Shown here in pieces: positions 19,484 through 28,956 of a stretch of DNA of 32,000 bases (position 1 is the first letter of the stretch; every line of letters starts with the position of its first letter). The stretch is from the NCBI RefSeq assembly GCF_009557235.1, contig NZ_CP045650.1:60001-92000 (forward strand). The letters run 5' to 3'. The stretch comes from Acinetobacter wanghuae (lineage in GTDB: Bacteria > Pseudomonadota > Gammaproteobacteria > Pseudomonadales > Moraxellaceae). Both the position numbers and the translations under genes were made by a program. A model generated the notes under the pieces. It made no database searches. It saw nothing but the letters and a program-made list of their open reading frames with translations, and had not been told where the DNA came from.

Positions 19484-20326
19484 ATGACCGCTTTTAATTT
19501 TCCTTTGCTCATTGAAGCAGAAGATTTGCTACCGCATTTAGACCATGACAAACTCAGAATTGTCGATTTAAGTCGTGCTTCCGTGTATGAGCAGTTGCAT
19601 ATTCCACATGCGATTCATCTCAAGCCAAAATTATTAGTTCGTCAAGACGAACAAGCCATGGGGCTATTTCCAGAACAAGAACAGCTTGAAGAATTGATCC
19701 GTTATTTAAATATTTCCCCTGAGCACCATGTCGTTGCATACGATGATGAAGGTGGTGCTTGGGCGGGGCGATTACTGTGGAACTTACATTGTATTGGCTT
19801 TGAAAATACCAGTTTACTCAATGGCGGAATTCACGCATGGCTTGGTGCAGGCTTAGCAACATCGTCAGATCAAGAAAAAATCGCGCCCGTCGACAAGCTC
19901 GTTCAAATTGATTTATCACAAAAAAATAAATACCACATTGACTATGACACGCTGCGTTCACAGGTGGAACAAGGTCAGATTCAAATTTGGGATTGCCGCA
20001 CTGAAGATGAATATACTGGGTTACGTTTAGCAGCGCGACGCGGCGGTCACATTCCGGGGGCACGTCATTTCGAGTGGAGTACTGCCCTTAATCGTCAAAA
20101 TCATTTAAAATTACATCCATTACAGCGCACAGAGCAGCGCTTGGAACAACTCGGTTTTGACTTAAAACAGCCTGTTGTGGTGTATTGTCAGTCGCATCAT
20201 CGTTCAGGTTTGGCTTATATGTTAGGACGTTTATTGGGTTGGCAAATTCAAGCCTATGATGGTGCGTGGAGTGAGTGGGGCAACCGCCTCGATAGTCCAA
20301 TCGCTACGGGGGAGTTCCCATCTTGA
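19484..20326 (+). CDS. rhdA: tandem-domain rhodanese (thiosulfate sulfurtransferase, RhdA-type)
   Basis: Two rhodanese domains. The active-site loop CQSHHRS resembles Azotobacter/Pseudomonas RhdA (CQTHHR). It lies directly upstream of psd, as in P. aeruginosa rhdA-psd. The start is ATG 19484 or TTG 19475. Confidence 0.8.
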   Translation: MTAFNFPLLIEAEDLLPHLDHDKLRIVDLSRASVYEQLHIPHAIHLKPKLLVRQDEQAMGLFPEQEQLEELIRYLNISPEHHVVAYDDEGGAWAGRLLWNLHCIGFENTSLLNGGIHAWLGAGLATSSDQEKIAPVDKLVQIDLSQKNKYHIDYDTLRSQVEQGQIQIWDCRTEDEYTGLRLAARRGGHIPGARHFEWSTALNRQNHLKLHPLQRTEQRLEQLGFDLKQPVVVYCQSHHRSGLAYMLGRLLGWQIQAYDGAWSEWGNRLDSPIATGEFPS

Positions 20327-21174
20327 GCATCGCATCACGTTTAAAAAAACAAATCTTCATTCAAGCTCAACGTGTGGTGCCACAGCATCGTTTATCACGC
20401 GTGGTCGGTAAATTGGCTGCAAGTGAAAATCTTATTGTTAAAAATGCAGTGATCACTGCTTTTAAAGCGCAATACGGCATTGATATGTCGATTGCAGAAC
20501 AACAAAATGCATTGAAATTTAAATCATTTAATGAATTCTTTACGCGCGCCTTAAAAGACGGTGTGCGTGCAGTCGATGCAGATCCGACGAGCATTGTGTC
20601 TCCTGCGGATGGTGCTATTTCACAGTTAGGTAAGATTGAAAATGGAGATGTATTCCAAGCCAAAGGACAAAAATTTACCGTTGAAAATTTAATTGCCGAT
20701 CCGCAATTGGCTGAACCATTTAAAAATGGTCAGTTCGCGACTGTGTATTTATCACCAAAAGATTATCACCGTGTGCATATGCCATTTGCAGGCACACTGA
20801 CAGAAACCCTGTATGTGCCAGGTGAGTTGTTCTCAGTGAATCAAACTACAGCGGAAAATATTCCGGGTTTGTTTGCGCGTAACGAACGTATGGTGTGTTT
20901 ATTTGATACTGAACTTGGTCGTATGGCGGTTGTACTAGTTGGTGCAATGATTGTGGCGGGTATTGAAACTGTCGCGACGGGTAAAGTGAAGCCATCAGGT
21001 CGTATTGAGTTAAATCAACATGATTTATTCTTGGAGAAGGGCGCAGAGCTTGGTCGTTTCTATCTCGGTTCAACGGCTGTGGTCTTATTTGAAGAAAATA
21101 AAATGCAGTGGGATGCGGCGTTTAGAGCCAATTCAGAAGTGGTGATGGGTGAAGCAATGGGGCATACCATTTAA
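20323..21174 (+). CDS. psd: phosphatidylserine decarboxylase proenzyme
   Basis: 283 aa with the self-cleavage motif LGSTAVV near the C-terminus and DYHRVHMP. The TTG start overlaps the rhdA stop (TTGA), and there is no nearby in-frame ATG. Confidence 0.92.
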   Translation: MSIASRLKKQIFIQAQRVVPQHRLSRVVGKLAASENLIVKNAVITAFKAQYGIDMSIAEQQNALKFKSFNEFFTRALKDGVRAVDADPTSIVSPADGAISQLGKIENGDVFQAKGQKFTVENLIADPQLAEPFKNGQFATVYLSPKDYHRVHMPFAGTLTETLYVPGELFSVNQTTAENIPGLFARNERMVCLFDTELGRMAVVLVGAMIVAGIETVATGKVKPSGRIELNQHDLFLEKGAELGRFYLGSTAVVLFEENKMQWDAAFRANSEVVMGEAMGHTI

Positions 21175-21182
21175 GCTGCTTT

Positions 21183-21216
21183 AGCCTCCCTTTAAAAAAG
21201 GGAGGTTGGAGGGATT
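21183..21216 (-). repeat. REP-like GC-rich palindromic element, copy B
   Basis: CCTCCCTTT (21185-21193) pairs with AAAGGGAGG (21197-21205), followed by TTGGAGGGATT. It is in inverted orientation relative to copy C, 24 bp away. Confidence 0.7.
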
Positions 21217-21240
21217 ATGAGAGTTACTTCTCTAAAATTT

Positions 21241-21278
21241 AAATCCCCCTATTCCCCCTTTAACAAAGGGGGAGGCTG
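21241..21278 (+). repeat. REP-like GC-rich palindromic element, copy C
   Basis: AAATCCCCCTATT head, then CCCCCTTT (21254-21261) pairs with AAAGGGGG (21265-21272), then AGGCTG. Confidence 0.7.
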
Positions 21279-21280
21279 TA

Positions 21281-21306
21281 AAAAAAGCGCCTTCAGGCGC
21301 TTTTTT
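21281..21306. terminator. bidirectional terminator between psd and the SPOR gene
   Basis: AAAAAAGCGCC-TTCA-GGCGCTTTTTT. Confidence 0.8.
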
Positions 21307-21317
21307 AAATTGAATAC

Positions 21318-21923
21318 TTAGCGTTTTACAACGATGGAATCAATCCCACTGTGTTGTAAGGTTTGCTGTGCAATGATCGCTGCATCGGCTGAATCATACG
21401 GACCTGAAACAACGCGATACCACACTTTCCCCCCTTCGACACTACGTACCACATCTGCAGATAGACCATTTAAGATAATCTCGGCACGACGTGCGTCCGC
21501 TTGATCGGGATCGTCAAAACTACGTACTTGTAGAATATAAGATTGAGCCGGTTTTGCAGTCTCAGCAGTTTCTAAACCGGGTTCAGTAGGTTCTTCAACT
21601 TCTGCTTGTGGGGCTTCAACAATCACAACTGCATCCTGACTTTTCGTTTCAGGAATGGCTTGTTCTGGAATTGGGGTCACTTGTTGTTGCGGAAGTAGAT
21701 CATAAAAACGATAGTCTTTATTGGTGTCATCTTCTTCTTGATAGTGTTCAGAGGTAATATGATTTTTAGGTTTAACCGGTTCCCACGGTTTCCATAGCAA
21801 AAGCGCCATTAAAAAACTCAAAACAATCAAAATGATGACGAGTGTACCGAGCCACGTAGGAATCAATGGTTTTTTCGGCTTGTTCGGTCTTTCAGATACA
21901 CCGCGCTGAGTTTTTCCAAACAC
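21318..21923 (-). CDS. SPOR-domain (peptidoglycan-binding) membrane protein, FtsN/DedD-like
   Basis: N-terminal TM (WLGTLVIILIVLSFLMALLLW), an acidic/Pro-rich linker and a C-terminal SPOR domain (YILQVRSF...GKVWYRVVSGPY...A). GTG start with GAGGAAG upstream. Confidence 0.8.
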   Translation of the reverse strand: MFGKTQRGVSERPNKPKKPLIPTWLGTLVIILIVLSFLMALLLWKPWEPVKPKNHITSEHYQEEDDTNKDYRFYDLLPQQQVTPIPEQAIPETKSQDAVVIVEAPQAEVEEPTEPGLETAETAKPAQSYILQVRSFDDPDQADARRAEIILNGLSADVVRSVEGGKVWYRVVSGPYDSADAAIIAQQTLQHSGIDSIVVKR

Positions 21924-22117
21924 TGGGAACTTCCTCTTATCTTTATTCTGGGGATAGAAAAGGCATAACCAAAGTTATGCCTTGTTCTAATTATCGTATG
22001 TGATCATGAACTAAAAGTCATTATTTAGAACATAAACTTCATATGATTTTTGTCGCGAATACTGCTTTTTACCTTCATTTTTGCTTCATAAAAGAAAAAT
22101 GAGTTTAAAAAACCAAG

Positions 22118-22144
22118 TTTGCATACTCATATTGAGTATGCAAA
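22118..22144 (-). terminator. hairpin downstream of argS (probable terminator)
   Basis: Perfect 12-bp stem TTTGCATACTCA / TGAGTATGCAAA with a 3-nt loop. On the minus strand a T-run (TTTTTT) follows 5 nt after the stem. Confidence 0.6.
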
Positions 22145-22170
22145 ATCGTATATGGTGCTAAAAGTTCGGT

Positions 22171-23964
22171 TTACATGCTTTCAGGAGCAGAAACACCGAG
22201 TAACTCTAGACCGTTACGAAGCACTTGACGTACATTGACCGACAATAATAAACGCGCTTGAGTCAGTTCAGCATCATCACCAAGGACTTTATTTTCGTTG
22301 TACCAGCCATGGAATAATGCAGCTAACTCTTTCAAGTAGTTACCAATTTGATGTGGTTCATAGCTATTTGCTGCACGTACTAAAATTTCAGGATATGCCG
22401 CAAGTTTCGCTAAAATTTCTGACTCAGTTTCAAGCTCAAGTTTAGCCGCTAAACCACGTGCCACAGTTGCATCAAAGTTAACATTGAGGCTAGTTGCTTT
22501 TTCTAACATACGGCAAATACGTGCGTGCGCATATTATTGGATGTAGTACACCGCGTTGTCTTTGCTTTGTGACACAGCAAGGTCTAAGTCAAAGTCAATG
22601 TGTTGCTCAGATTTACGCATAACGTAGTAGAAACGTGCAGCATCGTTGCCGACTTCTTTACGAAGATCACGCAACGTCACGAACTGACCTGAACGAGATG
22701 ACATTTGCACCATCTCACCACCACGCCATAGGCTGACGAACTGAACCAACAATACGGTTAATTTTTTAGAGTCATAACCAAGCGCATCAATGGCTGCTTT
22801 TACACGTGCGATATAACCGTGGTGATCTGAACCCCAAATATCAATGATATCGGTATAGCCACGTTGTAATTTATTCAGATGATATGCAATGTCAGATGCG
22901 AAATAGGTCGTTTGACCATTGCGACGTTTCACCACACGGTCTTTTTCATCGCCAAAATCAGTCGATTTAAACCAAATGTTGCCGTCTTTTTCGTAAAGGA
23001 AGCCACGTTGATCTAAAGTTTGTAATGCTTCTTCAATCTTGTCGGTTAGGGTTTCTTCACTGAACCATTGATTGAAGGTCACACCGAATTCGCCAAGGTC
23101 ATCTTTAATATCATCAAGAATCGCTTTGAGCGCCGCTTGTAAGAATACGCGGTAGCCTTGACCAATCAAGGCTTGTGAATTGAAGATCAAGCCATCAATG
23201 TGTTTTTCTTTGTCGCCTGACAGTACAACTTTATTACCGTCTGCATCAAGTTCAGCGGCAAATTGCACATCTTCAGGAACATCTTTATAGACATCTGCTA
23301 CTGGTCGAACATACGCATCGCCGTCTTTATCGATAATACTTTGCGCGATTTCTTTAACGTAGTCGCCTTGGTAAGCATTTTTCGGGAACACCAATTCTTG
23401 ACCTGTTAATTCTAAATAACGCAGGTAAGTTGATGTTGCCAAGATGTCCATTTGACGACCAGCATCATTGACATAGTATTCGCGATCAACTTTAGCGCCT
23501 GTCGCTTCAAGAAGATTCGCAACGGTCATGCCATATGCTGCACCACGACCATGACCCACGTGCAGGCTAGAGGTTGGGTTGGCAGAAACGAATTCAACTT
23601 GAATGCGTTTGTCTGCATTGGCTTGGGTACGACCATAGCTATCTTGTTGTGCTTGAATTTGATCGAGAACGCTAAAACGCTGATCAGCATTTAAGAAGAA
23701 ATTAATAAAACCGGGACCCGCGATTTCCGCTTTGCTGATATCTGCGACTTCAGGAAGTGCAGTTAAGATTTTCTCTGCTAAGTCACGTGGCTTCATACCC
23801 GCAGCTTTAGAGGCAATCATCGCAATATTTGAAGCGAAATCACCGTGTGTTCGGTCTTTGGTACGCGTCAAACTACTGGTGTTTTTCCAGTCAGATGGGA
23901 GGACACCTTCAGCTTGAAGGGATTGCACTGCATGTTCTAGAGCTGCTTGGATTGCCGTGTTCAT
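22171..23964 (-). pseudogene. argS: arginine--tRNA ligase interrupted by an extra in-frame TAA codon (22534-22536)
   Basis: The track ORFs 22534..24009 and 22171..22509 are in the same frame. The junction reads VYYIQ-TAA-YAHARICRM, the conserved ArgRS block with one additional stop codon. The N piece has the HIGH-type HVGHGRG and MSSRSG loops. The C piece is a DALR-type domain ending LLGVSAPESM. From ATG 23964 there are 596 sense codons plus the internal stop. Confidence 0.9.
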
Positions 23965-24149
23965 AATCAGTCGAAAATAAATGTCGCGGAAAAACAGTAA
24001 ATATAGCAAATTTCAGGCTGTTTAGGTGAAACCATTTGTAGGCAATAACAAATACCCCGTCAGTATTAAATTAGGTGCATCGTTAAAAATTATCTAAAAA
24101 TTAAAGCCTTCATAACGTGAATAATCTGTATTTTATTGGGATAAAAATA

Positions 24150-25499
24150 TTAAAGCCAATATTCAACGATGGCGCGAATAATACCTAATACCATTCCAAT
24201 AAATGCACCGACCACGACCCCATTGACGCGGATCATATGCAAGTCACCACCGACTTCATTTTCAATTTTATCAATCATTTCGCGCGAGTCCCATTCGTGA
24301 ATACGTTCACTAATGAAGAGAATGATTTTCTCGCTATATTGATCACTTAAATCGACGGCAATACTGCTCAGACGGGTATTGAGTAATTCACGTACAGACG
24401 GGTTAGAGATAATGTTTTGTCCGACTTGTTGAATCGCAATCCGGATATTTTCTGCAATACCTGAATTGGCTTGTTCCAAATCGTTTTTAATCGCATCACA
24501 TAAGATGGCAACCGCACCACTAATAAAATTCAATACTTGTGGGCTATCGAGTAGGGCATTTTTACTTTGGTTTAAGCGCTGACTGGTTTGACTATTTTCA
24601 TCTGCCAGTTCAAGCATAATAACATTGGCAGATTCTTCAATTTTTAAGCGCCAAGGATGATCAGGATCGGCAAGCATGGCTTCGACCCGCCCAATCACTG
24701 AATCGATACTGCGTTGTTGCACATCAATGCCAATCCAACTGGCACCTTTGGCAAGCTTCCAAACACCCATTTCTTTAAATAAATTGCGCGTAATGTCTTG
24801 GGTTTTTTCTGGATGATTGATCATCCATTCATGGGCTAAATCTAGACCGCGTTGTAAAACATCTTGATGGAAGTCATTTTCTAAAACAGCACGCAGCATT
24901 TCACTGGCTAAATGATTGATTTGGGTGTTTTTTACCCATTGCACGCTATTACTTTGAATAAAACCTGAAATTTGCTCCTGACCCACAAACTCAAAAATCT
25001 TCGGAACTGATTGCTGAATCACTTGCATCACTTGCGTATTATTTTGAGGGTTGGCAAGCCAATGTCCTGCGGCAAGACTTAAATCTGTATCGGCAAGGGT
25101 ACGTGACACAATTTGCGGTGATAAGAAATTTTCTTGAACAAATCGCCCCATGGACTCAGCAATACGGGCTTTATTACGTGGAATAATTTCGGTGTGATCG
25201 CGTAAAAACTTTGGAATAGGTAATTTGCCAAAAGGATTGCGAAATAACACAGTAATGGCATACCAATCGGCGAGCCCACCGACCACACCCGCCTCAGCAG
25301 ACAGCATGAGAATATGAATCAGCCAAACGTATTCTGGTAATAGCTTGGCTGCCACCATCAAAGCCAACCATGCCAAAACTGCAAGTACTAAGGCAATGGT
25401 GGCAAAGCGTTTACTGCGTTGTAGGCTGGGTGCAATGGTGTCTGTCGGCATAACATTTCTATTGAGCAGGGGTTGTAGTTTGCGGTTGGAGAACTTCAC
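24150..25499 (-). CDS. DUF445-family membrane protein
   Basis: N-terminal TMs and a C-terminal GGDLHMIRVNGVVVGAFIGMVLGII segment typical of DUF445. The start is uncertain: GTG 25499 overlaps the upstream gene by 41 nt, while ATG 25451 lies 7 nt after its stop. Confidence 0.7.
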   Translation of the reverse strand: MKFSNRKLQPLLNRNVMPTDTIAPSLQRSKRFATIALVLAVLAWLALMVAAKLLPEYVWLIHILMLSAEAGVVGGLADWYAITVLFRNPFGKLPIPKFLRDHTEIIPRNKARIAESMGRFVQENFLSPQIVSRTLADTDLSLAAGHWLANPQNNTQVMQVIQQSVPKIFEFVGQEQISGFIQSNSVQWVKNTQINHLASEMLRAVLENDFHQDVLQRGLDLAHEWMINHPEKTQDITRNLFKEMGVWKLAKGASWIGIDVQQRSIDSVIGRVEAMLADPDHPWRLKIEESANVIMLELADENSQTSQRLNQSKNALLDSPQVLNFISGAVAILCDAIKNDLEQANSGIAENIRIAIQQVGQNIISNPSVRELLNTRLSSIAVDLSDQYSEKIILFISERIHEWDSREMIDKIENEVGGDLHMIRVNGVVVGAFIGMVLGIIRAIVEYWL

Positions 25500-26013
25500 C
25501 CGTTGGACCTAAACCATATTTTTGACCTAAGGATTGTAAGATCAATCGTGCATCGAATGCATCACTTGGTGCTTGTTTCTCTTTATAACATTGAATGGTG
25601 TACGCAACTTGAGCGGGGTCAACTGTCACACTATATGGGGCATCATAGAACGGGTCAGGCCAAGCAAAAGCACCACGACGATAATACCCATAGGAATGAT
25701 ATCTCGGTGCAGGATAGACCACAGCTTCGCGCGGTGGTTGCTGCGTGCGATTACTTGGATCATCAATCACTTTAAAAAACTGAAAACCTTGTTGTACTGT
25801 GGTTTGTGCAGACTTTAATAGCGCAATTTCTTCAGCGGTGCCAAAGCTCATATTGGGTAAGGCTTTAAAGCTGACCCGATAAGTCTGTTGGTTCAATGGC
25901 GTGGTGCTAAATTGACCTAATTGATCAAAAGTACGAGGTTTTGTTGGAGTTGAAGCACATCCTGAAAGACCGATCACAGCGGCAGCTGCGAGTCCTAAGA
26001 TCCATGTTTTCAT
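25459..26013 (-). CDS. lipoprotein, function unknown
   Basis: Signal peptide plus lipobox (AAAAVIGLSGC). AGGAG lies 8 nt upstream of ATG 26013. Confidence 0.75.
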   Translation of the reverse strand: MKTWILGLAAAAVIGLSGCASTPTKPRTFDQLGQFSTTPLNQQTYRVSFKALPNMSFGTAEEIALLKSAQTTVQQGFQFFKVIDDPSNRTQQPPREAVVYPAPRYHSYGYYRRGAFAWPDPFYDAPYSVTVDPAQVAYTIQCYKEKQAPSDAFDARLILQSLGQKYGLGPTGEVLQPQTTTPAQ

Positions 26014-26044
26014 GCGATGACTCCTATTCTTAAATGAAACATCT

Positions 26045-26584
26045 TTAGAAACTGCTATTCGGTTCAGTCAGAAATTGAATTTCTTCTGCTGTCGATTCAC
26101 GTCCTAAAATTTGATTGCGATGTGGGTAGCGTCCAAAGCGATCAATAATCATTTTATGCTTTTTTTCAAATTCTAAATTGGTCGGATTGCCCAAACGTTG
26201 AAATAATTTTACAGCGAATTCATGCATCAACTTCGATTCGCTATGCATAAAGGGCATATATAAAAATGAACGCTGCTCAGGACTCAGTTGCTTATCTAAA
26301 TCTAAGCTAATGGCTTCTTGCGCGAGCGCCAATGCCAAACTGTCTTGGGCAAAGGCTTGTGCTGTATCGCGATAAATGTTTCGTGAAAATTGATCGAGTA
26401 CAATGATCTCAGCCAAACGACCTTCAGGGCTTTTACGCCATGACCAAAGTTCAGCCTGAGCAGCTTGTTGCAAAATAGTGCCAAATTTAGCACTTAGGGT
26501 TTGGTCAAATTCATCACTTTTTGAAAACCAATACGGCTGCGTTTCGGGTGCATACCAAAACTGTAAGATATCGTCATAATTCAT
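26045..26584 (-). CDS. DUF924-family protein
   Basis: 179 aa with ILQFWY...WF..SDEFD and VLDQFSRNIYR...YMPFMHSE, a pattern typical of DUF924. Confidence 0.75.
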   Translation of the reverse strand: MNYDDILQFWYAPETQPYWFSKSDEFDQTLSAKFGTILQQAAQAELWSWRKSPEGRLAEIIVLDQFSRNIYRDTAQAFAQDSLALALAQEAISLDLDKQLSPEQRSFLYMPFMHSESKLMHEFAVKLFQRLGNPTNLEFEKKHKMIIDRFGRYPHRNQILGRESTAEEIQFLTEPNSSF

Positions 26585-26796
26585 AGCAGTTACAATTCTT
26601 TAGCATTTATTTGTCCATAAAATCACAAATTTCACATGTCTAATAGGGGAACTTTGTGTTAAAAAATTTGCCACATTAGAACGTGAGCGTTTGCTTGCAA
26701 ACTAGACAGGGTGTAATGTGCAGACCTGAAATCACGGTATACTTATATAAACTGATGATTTTATTTTAATAGTTTATCCCATTAAGCGAGATTGTA

Positions 26797-28374
26797 ATGA
26801 GTCAACTGGAATCGACCACTCAAGAAGTATTGCCAAGCTGGTTAGATCCGTCGCTATTCACAGGAATGTTGCGCGGTATTGAGCGTGAAAGCTTACGCAT
26901 GCAGAGTAACGGTTTTCTATCACAATCTTTGCACCCGAAAGCGCTGGGTTCAGCGTTGACTCATCCGCATATTACGACGGATTATTCTGAAGCTTTAATG
27001 GAATTTATTACGCCGCCAAAGCCAACGATTCGACAAGCACTCGACTATTTGATGGACATTCATGCGATTGCCAATCGTCAGCTTGAAAATGATGAAAAGC
27101 TTTGGCCGATGTCGATGCCATGTATGCTCGATAGCAGTGATGAGCAGATTCCACTGGCGCAATATGGCACATCGAATGTGGGGCGTTTCAAAACTTTGTA
27201 TCGTCATGGTTTAGGTGTGCGTTATGGTCGCCGTATGCAAACCATTTCTGGAGTTCATTACAACTTATCTTTCCCTGATGAACTTTTTGAAGCGTTACAA
27301 GCCCAAGAAACTGATAAAAAAATCAAAAAATTAAGCCTGCAAGATTATCGTAGCGAACGCTATATGGGCTTGATTCGTAACTTTATTCGTTTGACTCCAT
27401 TGGTGATTTTCTTAGTCGGCGCTAGCCCTGCAGTATGCCAATGTTTCATGACCGGTCGTGATCATCATTTATTGCCTTTAGTCAAAGGGACGTTGTATTC
27501 ACCCTATGCCACAGCCCTGCGTATGGGACGTTTCGGTTATCAAAATTCTGCGCAAAAACAACTGGGTATTCACTACAACAACTTAAAAGACTATTTAAAA
27601 GGTCTACAAAAAGCGGTTAAAACCTCTTATAAATCGTTTAAACGTTTAGGTCTGGAAAATGCCCAAGGCGAAGCGATTCAGATTAATGACCATGTGCTCC
27701 AAATTGAAAATGAATACTACAGTTTAGTCCGCCCGAAACAAGTGCCACAAGCAGATGAAACCCCATCACAAGCGCTTGAAAATCGTGGTATTGCCTATGT
27801 CGAATTGCGTGCAGTCGATGTGAATCCGTATAGTCCAATTGGGATTACCGAAGATACTGCCGGCTTCCTTGAAGTAGTGGCTTTATATTGTTTATTGCAA
27901 GACAGTCCTGCTTTATTGAAAGATGAAGAAGATGTGATTGAGCGCAATCAAGCAGAAGTTGTGAATCGTGGTCGTGCTCCAAATGTTGATATTATTGAAA
28001 ATGGTCAAGCGCATCCAATTGAAGATTGGTGTACTTATCACATTCAACGTATGCAACCTTTGGCAGCGCTGTTAGATTCAACAGATAACACGACATTGTA
28101 TACAGATGCATTAAAAGCGATGATGGTGCGTGTCGATGAAGTCGATGCAACTTTATCTGCGTTAATGGTCGGTGACACACGTGAACAAGGCGGAATGTGG
28201 CATTTTGGTCAAGCCTTGGCACAGCAACATGTAAGTGCATACGAGCAACATCAAATGAGTGCCGAAACCTTGGCATATTTTGAGCAAGCAGCAAAAGTGT
28301 CAATACAAAAGCAACAACAACTTGAGCAAGACTCAACGGTGAGCTTTGCAGAATATTTAGCACAATATCGATAA
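26797..28374 (+). CDS. gshA: glutamate--cysteine ligase
   Basis: 525 aa with LRGIERESLR near the N-terminus, ISGVHYNLS and YVELRAVDVNP, typical of proteobacterial GshA. Confidence 0.93.
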   Translation: MSQLESTTQEVLPSWLDPSLFTGMLRGIERESLRMQSNGFLSQSLHPKALGSALTHPHITTDYSEALMEFITPPKPTIRQALDYLMDIHAIANRQLENDEKLWPMSMPCMLDSSDEQIPLAQYGTSNVGRFKTLYRHGLGVRYGRRMQTISGVHYNLSFPDELFEALQAQETDKKIKKLSLQDYRSERYMGLIRNFIRLTPLVIFLVGASPAVCQCFMTGRDHHLLPLVKGTLYSPYATALRMGRFGYQNSAQKQLGIHYNNLKDYLKGLQKAVKTSYKSFKRLGLENAQGEAIQINDHVLQIENEYYSLVRPKQVPQADETPSQALENRGIAYVELRAVDVNPYSPIGITEDTAGFLEVVALYCLLQDSPALLKDEEDVIERNQAEVVNRGRAPNVDIIENGQAHPIEDWCTYHIQRMQPLAALLDSTDNTTLYTDALKAMMVRVDEVDATLSALMVGDTREQGGMWHFGQALAQQHVSAYEQHQMSAETLAYFEQAAKVSIQKQQQLEQDSTVSFAEYLAQYR

Positions 28375-28393
28375 AATAATTAGAGGATTAAGC

Positions 28394-28921
28394 ATGCGAG
28401 CAGGTTATCGCTTTGTCAGTGGTGTGTTGTTTTTAGCGTCTGTTGTAGGAATGGCATTCGCGCTATATCTAGAACACGTCCAAGGGCTTGAACCTTGCCC
28501 GCTATGTGTGTTTCAGCGCATTGGCGTGATTGGCTTGGGACTCATTTCGCTGATTGCATTGCTACATAATCCAAAATCAAATGCAGGAAAACGCATTTAT
28601 GCATTTTTAGGCAGTTTAAGTATTTTATGGTCGGCAGGTGTGGCAGCGCGTCATGTCTGGTTGCAACATTTACCACCAGATAAAGTACCGAGCTGTGGGC
28701 CGGGTTTAGACTATTGGGTTGAAACCTTGCCGTTAAAATCGGTATTTGAGCAGGTACTTACAGGCTCAGGTGAATGCGCGAAAATTGATTGGACGCTGTT
28801 CGGACAATCCTTGCCTGTCTGGTCATTGTTATTTTTCAGTGTGTTATTGCTTATTAGTCTATGGCAGCTCTTTCGCCAATATCAGACTGCACCGGTTAAA
28901 CGGTTAATTGATAAATATTAA
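28394..28921 (+). CDS. dsbB: disulfide bond formation protein B
   Basis: 175 aa with four TMs, a CPLCVFQR first periplasmic loop and a second Cys pair (C...GSGEC). GAGGA RBS. It starts 19 bp after gshA. Confidence 0.9.
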   Translation: MRAGYRFVSGVLFLASVVGMAFALYLEHVQGLEPCPLCVFQRIGVIGLGLISLIALLHNPKSNAGKRIYAFLGSLSILWSAGVAARHVWLQHLPPDKVPSCGPGLDYWVETLPLKSVFEQVLTGSGECAKIDWTLFGQSLPVWSLLFFSVLLLISLWQLFRQYQTAPVKRLIDKY

Positions 28922-28926
28922 GTCAA

Positions 28927-28956
28927 TAAAAAGCCCTCAGATGAGGGCTTTTTTTT
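28927..28956. terminator. bidirectional terminator between dsbB and the convergent hydrolase gene
   Basis: AAAAAGCCCTC-AGAT-GAGGGCTTTTTTTT. Confidence 0.8.
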
